The notes below the pieces were generated by a model. It saw nothing but the letters and a program-made list of their open reading frames with translations, had not been told where the DNA came from and made no database searches. Shown here in pieces: positions 13,824 through 28,047 of a stretch of DNA of 64,000 nt. Where the stretch lies: NCBI GenBank assembly GCA_043228905.1, contig JBHGNT010000009.1:18352001-18416000 (forward strand), written 5' to 3'. The DNA is from Azolla caroliniana. Lineage: Eukaryota; Plantae; Polypodiophyta. The translations under genes and the position numbers were made by a program. Position 1 is the stretch's first letter. Each line of letters opens with the position of its first letter.

Positions 13824-14530
13824 TGTTGTGAAATGGACCGCAAGTAGACGAGAGAGACAGATGGAAAGGTACAAATAGAAAACAGAAAACAACAAGATAC
13901 AAGTAGACAAAGTATACGTAGTGCACAGGTTTTACGTGGAAACCCTAAAACATGGGAAAAAACCATGGGAGAACAGATCTTCACTATATTATTGGGTATA
14001 CAAAAAAAGGAAAAGAAAGAAAGAAAGAAGGAAACGAGATTACAACCTCTGCACAACAGAGTATTCCCCTTGGGCTTCAAACAACAAGTACCTCTCTGTC
14101 TGTGCACAAGCTCTCTTTCTCACACACTCACTTTGTTCTATACTATAGAAAACTCTGTTCAACATCACATTCCTCACACAGCATAATGTTTGCCCTAGGT
14201 GTATTTATACTTAAACACATTATGGGCTATTTACAAACTTAGCTATTATCATTAATAAAAATAAAAATACTCTCTATATTAATCAGCCGACTAATCAACT
14301 AGTCGACTGTCTAGGCGGCCCGACTAGTTGGCCTTGTCGTCGACCATCTGGTCAACCTGACTAGTCAGTTGCGTCTTCAACATGGATCCCCTCCACTACT
14401 GTCAACTCTCCATGTCTTTGACTATCGGCTCTTCCTCAGCCCGACCAGTCGGCAATTCCTTATCTTCGATTGTCGGCTCTTCTCAACTCGATCAGTCGGC
14501 TCCTCCCACATGAGGGACATATTCCTAACA
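13824..14530 (-). repeat. 5' LTR of the Copia element (707 bp)
   Basis: Homologous to 11357-12041, with many substitutions and indels. Confidence 0.93.
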
Positions 14531-16369
14531 ATTCATAAGGTTAAGATCATGGCCAATTGAATGTGTTATTTTTGTATGACGAAAGATAATAATGAATGGG
14601 TAACACTCTGAGGGTCATTAGCGAGACTTGAGGTGTGTCACCTTCCTCAAGGTCGACGGCTCGAGGGATTCGGGACATTACTCCCCGATGGCAAAAACCA
14701 CATTATATTTCAACACATAGAATCACTTCTTCACTCAATGCAACTATGAAGGCCTTGAGGGCTGCTTAAGTTAAACTATCATTGATGCACACCTAATCAT
14801 TACACTAATTGAAATATATGTTTACTTTGATTAAATATATCATCACTAGATAAAACACATTTAAGTTGTCTCAATTAAATTGATAATTATTGAGTAATAG
14901 ACATATATATCTCGATTTATTAGTGTTGAAAAGTTAAATGAAAGAAAGTGACTCTTAATGGATATAAAGGGAGGAGAGAATGAGGACCAAAAGGTAACCC
15001 TCAAGTTAGGGTACCCACATGCCCCTTTTACATGAGGGCTTTTGCTCTTTTATGCACATTGCAAACCCTAAAAGGTCCCTTTCACATTGTAAGCTAACCA
15101 TTGCCAATAGTTTCCCACATATTATAACATGAGCATGATTTTTGTATACAATTGGCCTATAACCGATATTCTAAATTTTGAAAATATTACACCTCATATC
15201 AATATGAAAACAAAGAAATATGACATGATATTCCATTAACATGTACACTCATAGTCCTACATTTGAATATTACAATATCTAAAAAACTCTTGATGTTCTA
15301 TGGCGAACACTAAAGACAGAAAAATACTCATCTAATCCAGCAGCATCATGTGATTGAGGTTGAAAACTCTACATTAACGTCAACTCTAAATGGGCATATA
15401 ATCCTCTTTAAGTTGTTTGTTTAGCATTAACATATGCACGAAGCGTATCATATTGTAGTGGATTAACACATTGAGACCTAAACTTTTCTTTTCAAATAGT
15501 ATCTCGTAAACATTGTATTCAACCTACTATTTGAACACCAACCAAAAAGGAAATGTAATTTTTTTTTATCTCAATAATATAAATTTGTGTGGGTAACTCA
15601 TACAAACAATATAGCTAATTCATGAAAGCAATGCTAATCCCATAGCTATAATTGTACTTCTACTAATAAATAACTCATTTTGGTAACTCTATACACCACT
15701 ACCCAAATAGAGGGCATTACCTCTTTGCTTTTGAATTAAGTCTCCCTTCTCGATGTAATGGAACATGTACCTCAATAGGCAATTCATGATCAATAGAGAT
15801 AGTTGCCTTGTTCTTCAAGCTGAGACAACATTTTAAGATGCAATCTCCAGTTTTGTCTCACAGGCAATTTTGGCCCCTTAGAAGGCATTAATATATTTTC
15901 CTTGCTTATTTATATAGATAGATAGATAGATAGACACATGCAAGAGGTATTAGTGCAAAAGTAGGCAATGGAAGGACATGTCATGATATTCTTGTAAGTT
16001 CTTAGATCCCAAAATACAGAGATGAACTTGGATGGGTGTAGGTGAGAGTTTCACAAGACATCAGATTTAAATAGTAGAACATCTTGAGGTTTACTAACAT
16101 TGCCTGAATATAGACAACAATTTCTTGCATTGATAGACATCCAAGGCTAGATAACTTGTTGTGTGCTGCACCTTGACCCCCATCAACACAATACTGGTGG
16201 ATTGAACTCTAGTATACATCCATCGTAGATTCTAGTCCATAAGAGTTCAATGCACAATGAGCTTGATGGATTTTGGTATCCAATTTGCAGGGCATGTCCC
16301 ATTCGCCTTATCATTTCAATATTGTCATCTTATGCAATGACCAAAATAATAAACAAAGCTTCTTTGATA

Positions 16370-19300
16370 TTAGGCAACATGGAATCCCAAGTAGGGAATC
16401 AACTTGGGATCATGATGATATGGTAAACCGGCTCGAGCCCCAAGGGCTCGACAATTTGAACCTGCCTGGTACCATTATAATTATGAATTCCTTTAAGAAT
16501 AATCTTATATTTAGAATATTTTAGAAAAGAAGGGATGCATGAGCAACTTACCACTAAGGCTCCAAAAGAAAGCATTTCCTCTGGTGGCATTCCAACACAC
16601 AAAGCTGTTATATACCAACATACGCCATTTGTAAGAGTTATATTAATGCAAACTTATAAGCTTTTGATGAGAAAGGCTTTTATTGATATGCTGATACATA
16701 CAGTAGAGCACAGCACCGATGAACGCATCTCCAGATCCTGTGGTATCCACAAGTTCCTCACTTGGTATTGTTTCCGCAGAACCAACCAAGAACCTCCCAG
16801 AAAATTGCTTTGTGCATTCATCATTAGTATCACATGATTGAAATAATCCCACCTAAAATGAAACGAAATAAGATGCCATGCATACAGATTTATGTAATTA
16901 TTACCTTGATCTTCTTTATAAATTTTTCAATAGCACTTAAAACAAGAAAACAATTTTTCCTTTACCTTTGATGATAGAACAAATGGTCTGTTTTCTCCTT
17001 TACATTCCTTCTCCTCTAACAATTTCTGATATACAGTGTTTGCATCCAATATCTCCAAGGATGAAGAATCTAGTATCAATAACATCCAAGTATTTTCAGG
17101 ATATTTTTTCTTCCTGTTTTTGAAAGAAAAAATATCCATACAAAATATGTCATTTACTTTAATCAGCCCGCATGTGCCGTCATATTCCTTTTCTTTTCAA
17201 TGAAAAATCTGTGTTACTATAGATGAAAACATACAGAGGGTGCATTACTATAGATGAAAACATGCAAAGGTCCATAGGCTGCAATAAACATGGTTGATAA
17301 AATGGCAACGTATAAGAACTATTACAAGGATCATAAAATAGTCTTAAATATTGATGTACAAGAATCCATTATGGAGGGCTATAATGCCAGTCTGCAACAT
17401 CCACTGGATAAGTAAAGAACAAGAACAAGCATCCTCAAACTCAAAGAAAATGACATTGATTCTCGTGAGCAGCATGGGCGGAACCAGCAGATGTCTTCGA
17501 ATATAATAAATATAATACATGGTGAGCAGGTTAAAAGTGTCCAAACTGGCCCAGAATGCCAAAAGATCAAAATATAATACTTGTACAAGCAAGGAAAATA
17601 TCTCCAGAAAGTTCCAAAGAAATGCTCTAGGAGTAAAGGTGAAATTGGACACGAAGAGTCCTTGGGGTCTTTATTCCCCAACATCGCTATCTATCTGATT
17701 CTAGTTCAATTCATATTGTTTTCCAAACCCAAAAACATGATTTCATCACTCCTAGTAAATGTTCAACATTACCATATTTACGAACATCAAATAATGAAGT
17801 CAGCAATGCCTACTTTAGCCATTTTTGCAGAGGAATCATTTCCATTATCAGATTTAGTAATTCAAATCAAGTAGCAAAAGAGAAGAAATGTTTAGTTACC
17901 GGAAAAGTTCTTCTCCAACATCAAACAACCAGAAGCACCAAGTGTGACAATCACAAATTTAACATCTGGCAATCTGAAGGCTATTTCAATTAATGCTTTT
18001 GGCAAGGTTGATGCTTCAGTCCACATCTATAAACCCAACGAAAATTATAGCTCACAGTTTAAAACTAGCAATTTCAGCATTGCAGTAAACAAACTCCAAC
18101 ATATTAATGAATTCCCTTTGGGGAGCATAGACACAAGAATTCACATATTTATGACTTCAGATCTCATTTTGATTCTTTCAGTTTCTTCAAGAATAATACA
18201 TCTAGTGACCTATTCATTCCTAAATTAGTACATGTACATATTTTAATTTGTATGTATGATCATTTTGTTACCTGTGGGAAATTAGCAGAGCATACAACAT
18301 ATTCAGCAAGTGCCAATAGCTCATCCAAACCTTCTCTCTTCTTTTCAGCATCAATCAGAATAGGTATTGATCTGCTCTTAGCCTAAGAAAACATCCAAAT
18401 AATAGCAAGCATCAGCACTTTAATAAATAAAGAAAAGATACATCTGATGGTGAAAAAAGCAACACAGAAATTATACATGTTCGTGACATCAATGATAGCA
18501 GCAACAAAAAGCATGAAGCAAATAGACACATAAATTATACTAATAAAGAGATTCCAGATTCAGGATTTAGGAGTCAGATGCAGACAAAAATAACCCTTGC
18601 AAGCTCAAAACCAGCAGCAATTATCTCTTCACATTTATGGAAGGCAGTCAGTCAGACTTCAAAGTTGTTAATCTGAAGGAATATTGAGTATAGGATAGTG
18701 AGCCTAGGTTCTCTGCACAAAAATCAACAATGGGATAAAAACCCAATAACTGGATGATTGACTCTATACGAAAGACTATTTCCAGAGCTTGCGTATTAAA
18801 ATTATGAGGCTACGTTGTTGATAGTGCATTCTTAATTTTTATAGAATAATTTCTAGCAGGTCTTTCACTCACAAAGTATTTATTCAAAGACTGCACTGGA
18901 AGCATTTATTCTTATGTGTCAAACTCTAGCTCTATTTCTTATAAGACTCCTGCATCGTTCATATTTCAACAAGAAATGTTAGAAGACCCAGTCAATATTG
19001 ATCAGCTAAACCCCCAAAAATCTCCAAGAAATGTCAACCAAGAGTCTATAATGATTAAAGCAGCGCCTATTACACCATGTGTTTAGTGTTTCATAGGAAG
19101 CTGTAGGATTCAAGTTCAATATACCAGATGCTCAAAATGTCATGTGCCAAGATTGGATCCCCTCATGGAGCAGCAGATATGATCGAATTTGTATAACACC
19201 TAGAATCATGTACATAATATTTATATGGTAAATTTGCTTTGGCCCAGCCCGATTGTTGTTTATTTCTTAACAAAATAACCAAATGCATTTCAGTAGGATT

Positions 19301-22300
19301 GAGCTTGGAACATTTTGGCCAAAATGCAAAGGATTTTCTGGCACAATATATGATGTTTTTAGTCATTGGGCCAAGGTGTGGTAGCACAATTGCAGGAACC
19401 TGCATGTGTTATGCCAGTAAATCCTTCATCTCATGGCAGTAGTGCTGTTTCGAGATGCATTCAGCACCATTGAAGGTATTTCCAACAGTAGATGTTGGAG
19501 ATGTATACAAAATGCCACCATTAAATCAACTAAAATTTTCTAAACTTTCTCTTACATTACTAACATGGTAGCAGGCCAGAGAGAGAGAGAACACAAGTAG
19601 GACATCTTTTACCCCAAAAACAAACTCTATGAAAAACTCTTGGGAAAAACTTGAACCCTGGACGTAGCAAACGTGTTTGGCATGTTTTTGCAACATGCTC
19701 CAAAAATGTATGAAACGACACTTATGTGCAGGATACTATCAACTGGTTCTTACAGAAGTGCTCTTGGTTATTTCACTTTAAGGAAGCCAAGATCAGAGGC
19801 CAGAAACAAAGTCCACATTTAACGATAAAAGTATTCTGGTACATAAGCTTCCAGGTGTTACACAAATCGAACCAGATGTGCAGCTCTATGGGGGGTCTGA
19901 TCTGGTATATTGTTCTTGATTTTTTAGGCACACCCATCTGCAGATTTTAGATGAAACACGGCCACATCTTAAGCACTAATCCCATCATTTTTCAGAGATA
20001 AGAAAATTCTAGTTTCCTGTGTGATACGTGACTAAATATTATCTTTATTTAGATCACACGGTTTCTTAGGGGTTGATACTTGATCATCTGCATCTTTAGT
20101 ACTTGCAAGACATTCCATTTTATCTGGACGTTGAAATGCAGGCAAACTAGAAGACTTACAAATAGTGTTATAGACATTCAATAGATATAACATATTAATT
20201 GCTACTTCGATCCATAGGGACCCCTGGTCATTTTTCAGAGATAAGAAAATTCTAGTTTCCTGTGTGATACGTGACTAAATATTATCTTTATTTAGATCAC
20301 ACGGTTTCTTAGGGCTTGACACTTGATCATCTGCATCTTTAGTACTTGCAAGACATTCCATTTTATCTGGACGTTGAAATGCAGGCAAACTAGAAGACTT
20401 ACAAATAGTGTTATAGACATTCAATAGATATAACATATTAATTGCTACTTCGATCCATAGGGACCCCTGGTCATTTTTCAGAGATAAGAAAATTCTAGTT
20501 TCCTGTGTGATACGTGACTAAATATTATCTTTATTTAGATCACACGGTTTCTTAGGGGTTGATACTTGATCATCTGCATCTTTAGTACTTGCAAGACATT
20601 CCATTTTATCTGGACGTTGAAATGCAGGCAAACTAGAAGACTTACAAATAGTGTTATAGACATTCAATAGATATAACATATTAATTGCTACTTCGATCCA
20701 TAGGGACCCCTGGTCATTTTTCAGAGATAAGAAAATTCTAGTTTCCTGTGTGATACGTGACTAAATATTATCTTTATTTAGATCACACGGTTTCTTAGGG
20801 CTTGACACTTGATCATCTGCATCTTTAGTACTTGCAAGACATTCCATTTTATCTGGACGTTGAAATGCAGGCAAACTAGAAGACTTACAAATAGTGTTAT
20901 AGACATTCAATAGATATAACATATTAATTGCTACTTCGATCCATAGGGACCCCTGGTCATTTTTCAGAGATAAGAAAATTCTAGTTTCCTGTGTGATACG
21001 TGACTAAATATTATCTTTATTTAGATCACACGGTTTCTTAGGGGTTGATACTTGATCATCTGCATCTTTAGTACTTGCAAGACATTCCATTTTATCTGGA
21101 CGTTGAAATGCAGGCAAACTAGAAGACTTACAAATAGTGTTATAGACATTCAATAGATATAACATATTAATTGCTACTTCGATCCATAGGGACCCCTGGT
21201 CATTTTTCAGAGATAAGAAAATTCTAGTTTCCTGTGTGATACGTGACTAAATATTATCTTTATTTAGATCACACGGTTTCTTAGGGCTTGACACTTGATC
21301 ATCTGCATCTTTAGTACTTGCAAGACATTCCATTTTATCTGGACGTTGAAATGCAGGCAAACTAGAAGACTTACAAATAGTGTTATAGACATTCAATAGA
21401 TATAACATATTAATTGCTACTTCGATCCATAGGGACCCCTGGTCATTTTTCAGAGATAAGAAAATTCTAGTTTCCTGTGTGATACGTGACTAAATATTAT
21501 CTTTATTTAGATCACACGGTTTCTTAGGGGTTGATACTTGATCATCTGCATCTTTAGTACTTGCAAGACATTCCATTTTATCTGGACGTTGAAATGCAGG
21601 CAAACTAGAAGACTTACAAATAGTGTTATAGACATTCAATAGATATAACATATTAAGTGCTACTTCAATCAATAGGGACCCCTGGTCAACAGTTGAAGAT
21701 TTTCTACAGTTTTCCAGATCAATATCAGTTGGGGCCCCTCCATCATTTCTTGTGGAAACATGGAGAAATCAAAAGCTTTGTTATAGGAACTAATATTAAA
21801 GTCTGAGTTGTTTGCCATAGATAATGATTCAAGATCACCACAGTAATGCAGCATGCTTATTTCACATATCTGTTAACTTTCTAATATCAATGTTTAACCT
21901 TTGTGGTTGTGTTTTTAGGCATCCAACAACCATTTTTATTACAGTTTATAAATGCCACAAAAAAGGTCTTTAATACCCATCTTACAAATGATTTTGCAGT
22001 AAGATTATTAAATCTAAAATTCGGATTGACAGATCCTAATGGGATTCAAACAACATAATCTCTATTTCTTTAAAGATTGTAGATTTTGAGATTTTTCTTT
22101 CTGCACATTTCTGAATCTTTGTTAATGAAATATATCTTAAGTACCTGTTTCGCAAGAAGTAAAGCTGTATCTGCAAGCCGTCCATCCAAATACAGTATAT
22201 ATGCTCCATCTAATATCTGAGATAAAGCACCTGAAGGCAACTCCTGAGGATCCAAGGGAGAGCTTCCTGGTGTATGGATACACGTGCGGGTGTTCCTACA

Positions 22301-24342
22301 TGCAGGCATATGCATATCATTATTCAAATCCATGACCTCACGTAGTAATCAGAGAAACAATATATTAAATGAAATATACTCTCCACCTACGATTCCTGGT
22401 CCACAATTATATAAGTAAATGGTGAGCTCCCAGTTTCTGGTGTCTGCAAAGTTACGTGCATTGGAGAAATAGAAAGCAATTCACCGAACTTGTTAGTTAC
22501 AGCATAATGAGTCCACGCTCATTAAGAAAACAATGACCTTGCAATAAATCAGTTTCTAATTCAAAAGAGGAAAAGTAATATTGATTGGGCAGGCAACATT
22601 CTATATCTTTACATGGATTAAGTTGGTTTAGTTCACCATAAAGAAGTGCACGTCAAAAATACTTGAAAAGAAATCATAAATATGAGAAATTAATGTAGAA
22701 TTCAATTCATAATGCATAGGAAGCAGCAAAGGATCAGCTAATAACCAAAGAACCTCACTTACCACAACAAATGAGGTATCTATACCATCATGACTCAGTT
22801 CATCAATAATAAGCTTTCCAAATGCATCTTGCCCTACCTGTGAAGAATCATTGCTTAAAACTCGCATGCATTAATGACAAATTACTTGGAAGTCCACTTC
22901 CCTCCATTAACTTGTTACCGTCTTGCCTTTGATAAAAGCCTTGGTTTTAGTCCTAATCTGGCTAAAGCTGTCAAACAATTCCCAGCATTCCCACCACCTT
23001 GAATCTGTATGATATATTTCCTAAAGTTAAGCTTCATCAACAAATCATAGCCTTGTTTTATACCAATGTATACTTCATTTGAAAACAGTGACATATTCTT
23101 CCAAAGAACATATTTAATAGCCATAACAAATCAAGAAGGAAATGCAGCTTAGCTTACAATTCTTACAAACCTTGAAATCTGTACTACGAATTTTATCATC
23201 AGGCTGAGGAAAGCTCGATACTGATGCGAGATAATCTATAGAAACTCCACCACATCCAACCTACAAAAACTTGAATGATAACTCAGAAAAAAATCATATT
23301 TGTGTTGGATGTTTCCGCCTCAAATCTAATAATGCATTATGCCACCAATATCAAACACCATACCACGACACTCTTTTCTGGCAATGGACGATATTCTCGC
23401 TTCTCATTCTTATCCTCTTTTGTCAAGTACTTGGTGTCTACCCTAGCTATTGGTAAATTCCTGTTCCAAAAGTGCAAGACAAGACCGGTCGGTGCTTATG
23501 CATCAATAATGTAGATTGGTTTAAATATTTTCCATCTTGGGCTTAAACTCAGCAAATGTTTGAAATACACACTTACTTACATATTTAACATCATAAACAT
23601 GATCAATGAATTAAAAACATGCATAAAACTGTGGTTCTCCTGTTCACCAACCATATAATTCTTGAGCCACAGCCCATCAGCTAGCTAGAGGCATTGAACA
23701 TGTCTCATACTATTCCCCAGGGATGCAGCAAAAGGTAACTAAATCAGTAAAACTTTCTAAAATACCATATATTCTCGATAATTACTCGGACCTTAACAAT
23801 CTGAGCTTCGATGAACTGAAACTTCTGCCTTCAAAAGTTCTCCAACATGGGCAAATCCAGGATGCAGGCATCTCTGAAGTGAGGGAAGCACCTTCAATAA
23901 CAGGTGATAATGACCTTGCTATATGAGTGTGACATATCTGTGGTCCAGATAGACGGCCTAAGTGCAAGAAAAATTTCTATTGCCCAATTCTCATCAGAGT
24001 CAAGTGACTCACAATTTATTACACATCATAATTCCTTCATGCAGAATCAACTGCTGCATCTTGTTTAGCACAACATCCCACGCGCATTCATCATTGCATT
24101 GCATTGCATACCATTATGGTGTTTCTTTTCAACAAAAACAAAACTCAAATTCGGTTTCTTTTCTCAGAGAAACAAGTAAATTTGGAGGGCTCCCAATAGC
24201 TTACCTTGATAAGTAAAGAATCACTAGTAGCTGCAAGTGCGAGAGCGGAAGGAAAAATGCAAAAGAAGATTACTTACGATTTGGGCAAGGTTAATTTCAT
24301 GGTTATTGCTGGGAAGCATGGGGCCACAGTGGAGGTCGCCAT
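16370..24342 (-). CDS. pfkB-family carbohydrate kinase (ribokinase/ketohexokinase-like), probably organelle-targeted; N-terminal exons uncertain
   Basis: Well-supported exons: 23460-23364, 23260-23171, 23004-22927, 22837-22763, 22443-22391, 22295-22145, 18382-18272, 18026-17900, 17069-16966, 16852-16702, 16604-16552, 16465-16370. Motifs VGCGGVSIDYLA, QGGGNAGNCLTALARLG, TRTCIHTPG, ILIDAEKKREGL, VIVTLGASGC, VDTTGSGDAFIGAVLY, CRALGARAGLP. Upstream exons (about 23957-23786 and an ATG at 24342) are tentative. Confidence 0.88.
19985..21688. repeat. Seven-copy 243-bp tandem repeat with ABABABA (486-bp higher-order) structure, intronic
   Basis: Units start at 19985, 20228, 20471, 20714, 20957, 21200 and 21443. 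They alternate between ggggttgatacttg and gggcttgacacttg. Confidence 0.95.
21490..21990 (-). mobile_element. Possible highly degenerate LINE reverse-transcriptase remnant in the long pfkB intron
   Basis: Minus-strand fragments NKAFDFSMFPQEMMEG..LILIWKT and LLNVYNTICK resemble the LINE RT region LP..L.EG.I.LIPK...WRPI.LLN..YKI.AK. Many stops and frameshifts. Confidence 0.3.
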
Positions 24343-27300
24343 AGCTTTACTTGAGTATACTCATTTATCTGATCTCCTTTCCTCTCTCTCTCTCTCTCTC
24401 TCTCTTTGTGTGATGTCAATACATGCATATGCTCTACACCACAGTATGAACCATACGTAACATACGTGTATTCGCATTCGAGAATGTTTCAATCATTCGA
24501 GTATAGTAAACAAGCTTGCGAATTGTTGTTGTTCACGATGGCCTTGTTTACGGGCATTTGTTTTTTGCCTAGGTAGTTATGACTTTGTTTGTCCAAAGAT
24601 CTATGGCTTTGTTGGTATGAACAGAAACCCCTTTCGTGCTCGTCTCTTCTTGCTACTCAAATCAAGAGATGGACAATCTTATATGGAGCAATGACTAGGC
24701 TTCTTCTTATGTTGGTTTTGTTTGTGCCATGGATTGGGTGGGACCTCATGCCGAGTGATAAAGTTTGTTTCGAGAGGTAATCAACTATGTGCAGAGTCTT
24801 ATGTTTGATACACTCTTTCTCTACCCCTCTTTGTTTCCTCCTTAATCATGTCAAATTAGTAAGCAGAAGGCTTCGACCTTAGCAACAATATTGTCTCAAA
24901 ATACACCTTTGAACTGGTAGCACAATGGTTATGTTGTTTTGCGATATTCACCCTCAAATGCAACCATATATCGAGGGTTGTATACACAAGTCTACAACTA
25001 CTTTCTCATAGTGGATGTGTGGATGTTCGTAGAAATGTTGTGATTTTGTTTGTTTGCAAAACATGACACAATATTGACTTGAAAAAATATTACATAGCAA
25101 TTGATGGATCAAAAACATATAAATAGTGTCCACAACTTTATTGTGCAAAGGCATGTGCCACTCGTCAAGTATTTTGTTATTAGTTTTCCCAGTTCTCTTC
25201 TCTTCACAACCAACTTGGGTATGTTGAGCATGACTACTAGCAAGAAACATGTTGGAGATTGATGGTATAGTCCTCGATTCTATCACCTTTATATGTGGTC
25301 TCCTAGCTTGTCGTAGCAAAGGTGTTATTGGCAAAGGCTGAGAGTTGTATTCATGGATTATAATTATCCTTATCTTGACAAATGTCATCGCTTATATTTG
25401 GTCCTTTCTTTGATGATATATACTTGTTGACATGGAAAATATTATATAAGATTTGTATGGTGCCTCTAGCCTTTTTAATTTTAATACCAATGGAGCATAT
25501 TTTTTATGGAAAAAAAGATGATTTTTATAAATGCATCATGTCACATTGTGTGTTACCATCTAATGTCTTGTGAAAGTGCATTTCTACTCCTTTTATTGTG
25601 AAAAATGCAATCCAATAAGAGTGTATTGTTAAAGGTAATTTATACTCATTCAATTGTGAAGAATACAAGAATGTTAGTTGTAAAGTCGTTCTTTTAGTAG
25701 CAAAAGACTACTTTGCATGAGGTCATACTAAAACTTCAAAGGAATTTTATAATGAATGCACATCAAGCCCATTGATGCAAGACTCTAACACACAATGTTA
25801 ATGATTCACATAAACTTGTTAAAGGGCATTGGTATCATCTTCACTCTTTGTGTTGAAATGAGAAAATGTGAATGTTTGAAAACCATCTTTTTAGGAGCAA
25901 CATTTTGAGCATGATATTCAAACTAAAGCACGAAAGATTATAAATGGCCAATGATAAGATAAGGACCTAACATAAACATGCCTAGTGAGCCCTTTCTTAC
26001 TTCCTCAACTTTGCAATTGCATTTTGTAGGAATCAAGACATAGTGTAAACATGGCTACTGAGACTTCTCTTACTTACTAGTGGCTTGAAATAAGAAAAAT
26101 GGATTTGCTAAAACTACGTAAACAAAGACCAAACTTGGAACAAGTTTTGGGATCATTCTATTGGCTGTCAAAACATAAACGCAACATGTGATTTGCCCTA
26201 AATCATATTGACTCAAACTTCGCCCTTAATGGTGCTTGGTTAATGGATGGTAGCTATTTAAGAAACTCTCAATGCATGTTATTTTATATTTAACCCCAAA
26301 GATCTTCCCAACCTTAGCAAAAATAACTTCAATGATTCTAATTCCATGAGGAATACCATACCTCTTGGAAAATCTTAAGTTTATGCTACAAAATTGAGTG
26401 TGCTTGGATTGAGTCCATGTTGCTTTTATTGGTTCTACATAAAGGGATTTGGAAAGTCCAAAAAATGCTCAAAGTCACATTGGAGCAACGGATTGGCAAA
26501 ATTTAGTAACATGACATAGTTATCACTCCAACTCCCACTTTAATTGTGGATGTCTAGATTGGAGACACATTGGTAATTTGTAATGAAATTGTAGATTTAT
26601 GTTGTCTATAAATGGGATATCATTGAAGGATTAAGTCACTAAATTGTTTAACCTAGTAGAAACAATACAATGAATAATAAGAGCTACATGGATAACAAAT
26701 CATTGTCATTTATTGGAGGCAACTTGTAGCCACATGGAATGGAGTGCATTCTGCCTTGTTGAACGCAAAAAATGCCACAATGGGCAAAATACTACATACC
26801 TTATTCCAAGATATATATGTATAGGAACAAAAAAATTAGCAATGGGTTTCTCTCAAGTATTGAAGCATGCGACAAATCCCATCTCTGTAGATACCAAATA
26901 ATGCATTGAATTTGTGTTTTGTAAACTTGGAAAGGGTATTCCTTCTCATTAACACGTTCTTCTTGCCACATATATATGCTGCTTTATTTTCACTCACTTC
27001 CCCCCCCCCAAAAAAAAACTCCTTCCATTAGTTATAAAATTTTACAGATGAGATTGGTATATACAAATCCATGTAGGGACACGATAGGTTGGAGCAAAAA
27101 TGTCAACTTATTATATGCATCAATGTAAAGGGATAGATGAATTTCCCTAAACTTGCTCACCCTAGTGAATAAGAAGATGGTTCAAATTAGTTTGGAAACG
27201 AGGAAACAATTTCCATCAAATTGACCTTATTCATTTATAACTTCTAACTCATACAAATGAGATGTGAACTATTAATATCAATGGCATGTGTTGCATTACA

Positions 27301-27989
27301 ATGTAGAGCATATGTATATGAGACAGCATGGGCCCCACAACCAATCAACACATTCTTTAACTTTTTTGCTTTTAGAATGATAAGTTCCTTGTGTTCATGT
27401 CTTCTATCACAAAATGATGTACAAGTGAACGCTAAAAGGCAATGAAGAACACTTCTCGTGTTGTTGTCTTACTTTCGAAATTGATTACAGGTACGTATGT
27501 TCAATGTTGTCTCACATTTACAGACTTTATGAAATGTGGGTGTGAGGGTGCAAACCGGCGTTTTCCAGGACTTTTATTATTATTTTCAAGAGCATCATTG
27601 AATGCGGACACAAATTTTTTACGCAAATCACTAGAGATGAACACAATCCTGTCAAGGTTGTGCCGGTAAGTATGGAATTAGATTTCTTATAGGCAAGAAT
27701 TTTTTCCTTTTTTCTTTTTCATTTGATAAAGTTAAGTACAGTAATGTGGGTCACAAAACGTATTCATCTGGACGAACTGCCTTCCTATGCTATGCTCAGG
27801 AAAGCAACAACGCCACCGGAAATGGAAGGCTACTGCTAATATGTTATATAAGTGGGAGGGTGTGAAGGATTCAAACCATTTGCTTGTTATTAGAAAATGC
27901 TGCAAAATGTAAATGAGCCCAAAGAATAAAGGGTATTCCTGAAATTGGCCAAAACAGGAGGGTATTTCTGCAATTTCCCAAAACAGGAA

Positions 27990-27992
27990 AAG

Positions 27993-28022
<30 letters not shown>
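27990..28022. repeat. (GAA)n microsatellite in the presumed 5' UTR of the tetraspanin-like gene
   Basis: Directly visible, about 26 nt upstream of the ATG at 28048. Confidence 0.9.
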
Positions 28023-28023
<1 letters not shown>

Positions 28024-28047
28024 GTGAAGAGGAAGGAGGAAGAAGAG

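Larger units (their letters stand above)
11357..14530 (-). mobile_element. Ty1/Copia LTR retrotransposon, internally deleted and non-autonomous
   Basis: TG...CA LTRs at 11357-12041 and 13824-14530, 5-bp TSD ATTCA (11352-11356 and 14531-14535), PBS TGGTATCAGAG and PPT. Disrupted gag (NYVDWKIKMVDLL...LNRKAVATIRQCID), a protease/pre-integrase remnant (VPDIRLNLISTGRMDDEGY) and RNase H (LKGFTDSDMSGDADSSRSTSGFVMTYPAGAVSWQSRLQKFVALST). Confidence 0.95.
10537..15249. mobile_element. Long inverted-repeat (foldback / long-TIR non-autonomous DNA element), interrupted by a Copia element
   Basis: About 10537-11280 is a diverged reverse complement of about 14625-15249. Examples: agtgtacatgtcaatggaatat / atattccattaacatgtacact; ggttataggccaa / ttggcctataacc; gagtaccctaactt / aagttagggtaccc; gattaggtgtg / cacacctaatc; gacacctcaagt / acttgaggtgtg. 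Confidence 0.7.

Noticed and set aside
24850-26900. AT-rich intergenic stretch with a 144-aa minus-strand ORF, possibly a decayed transposon
   Set aside because: No recognisable transposase or RT motif, termini or TSD could be identified by eye.
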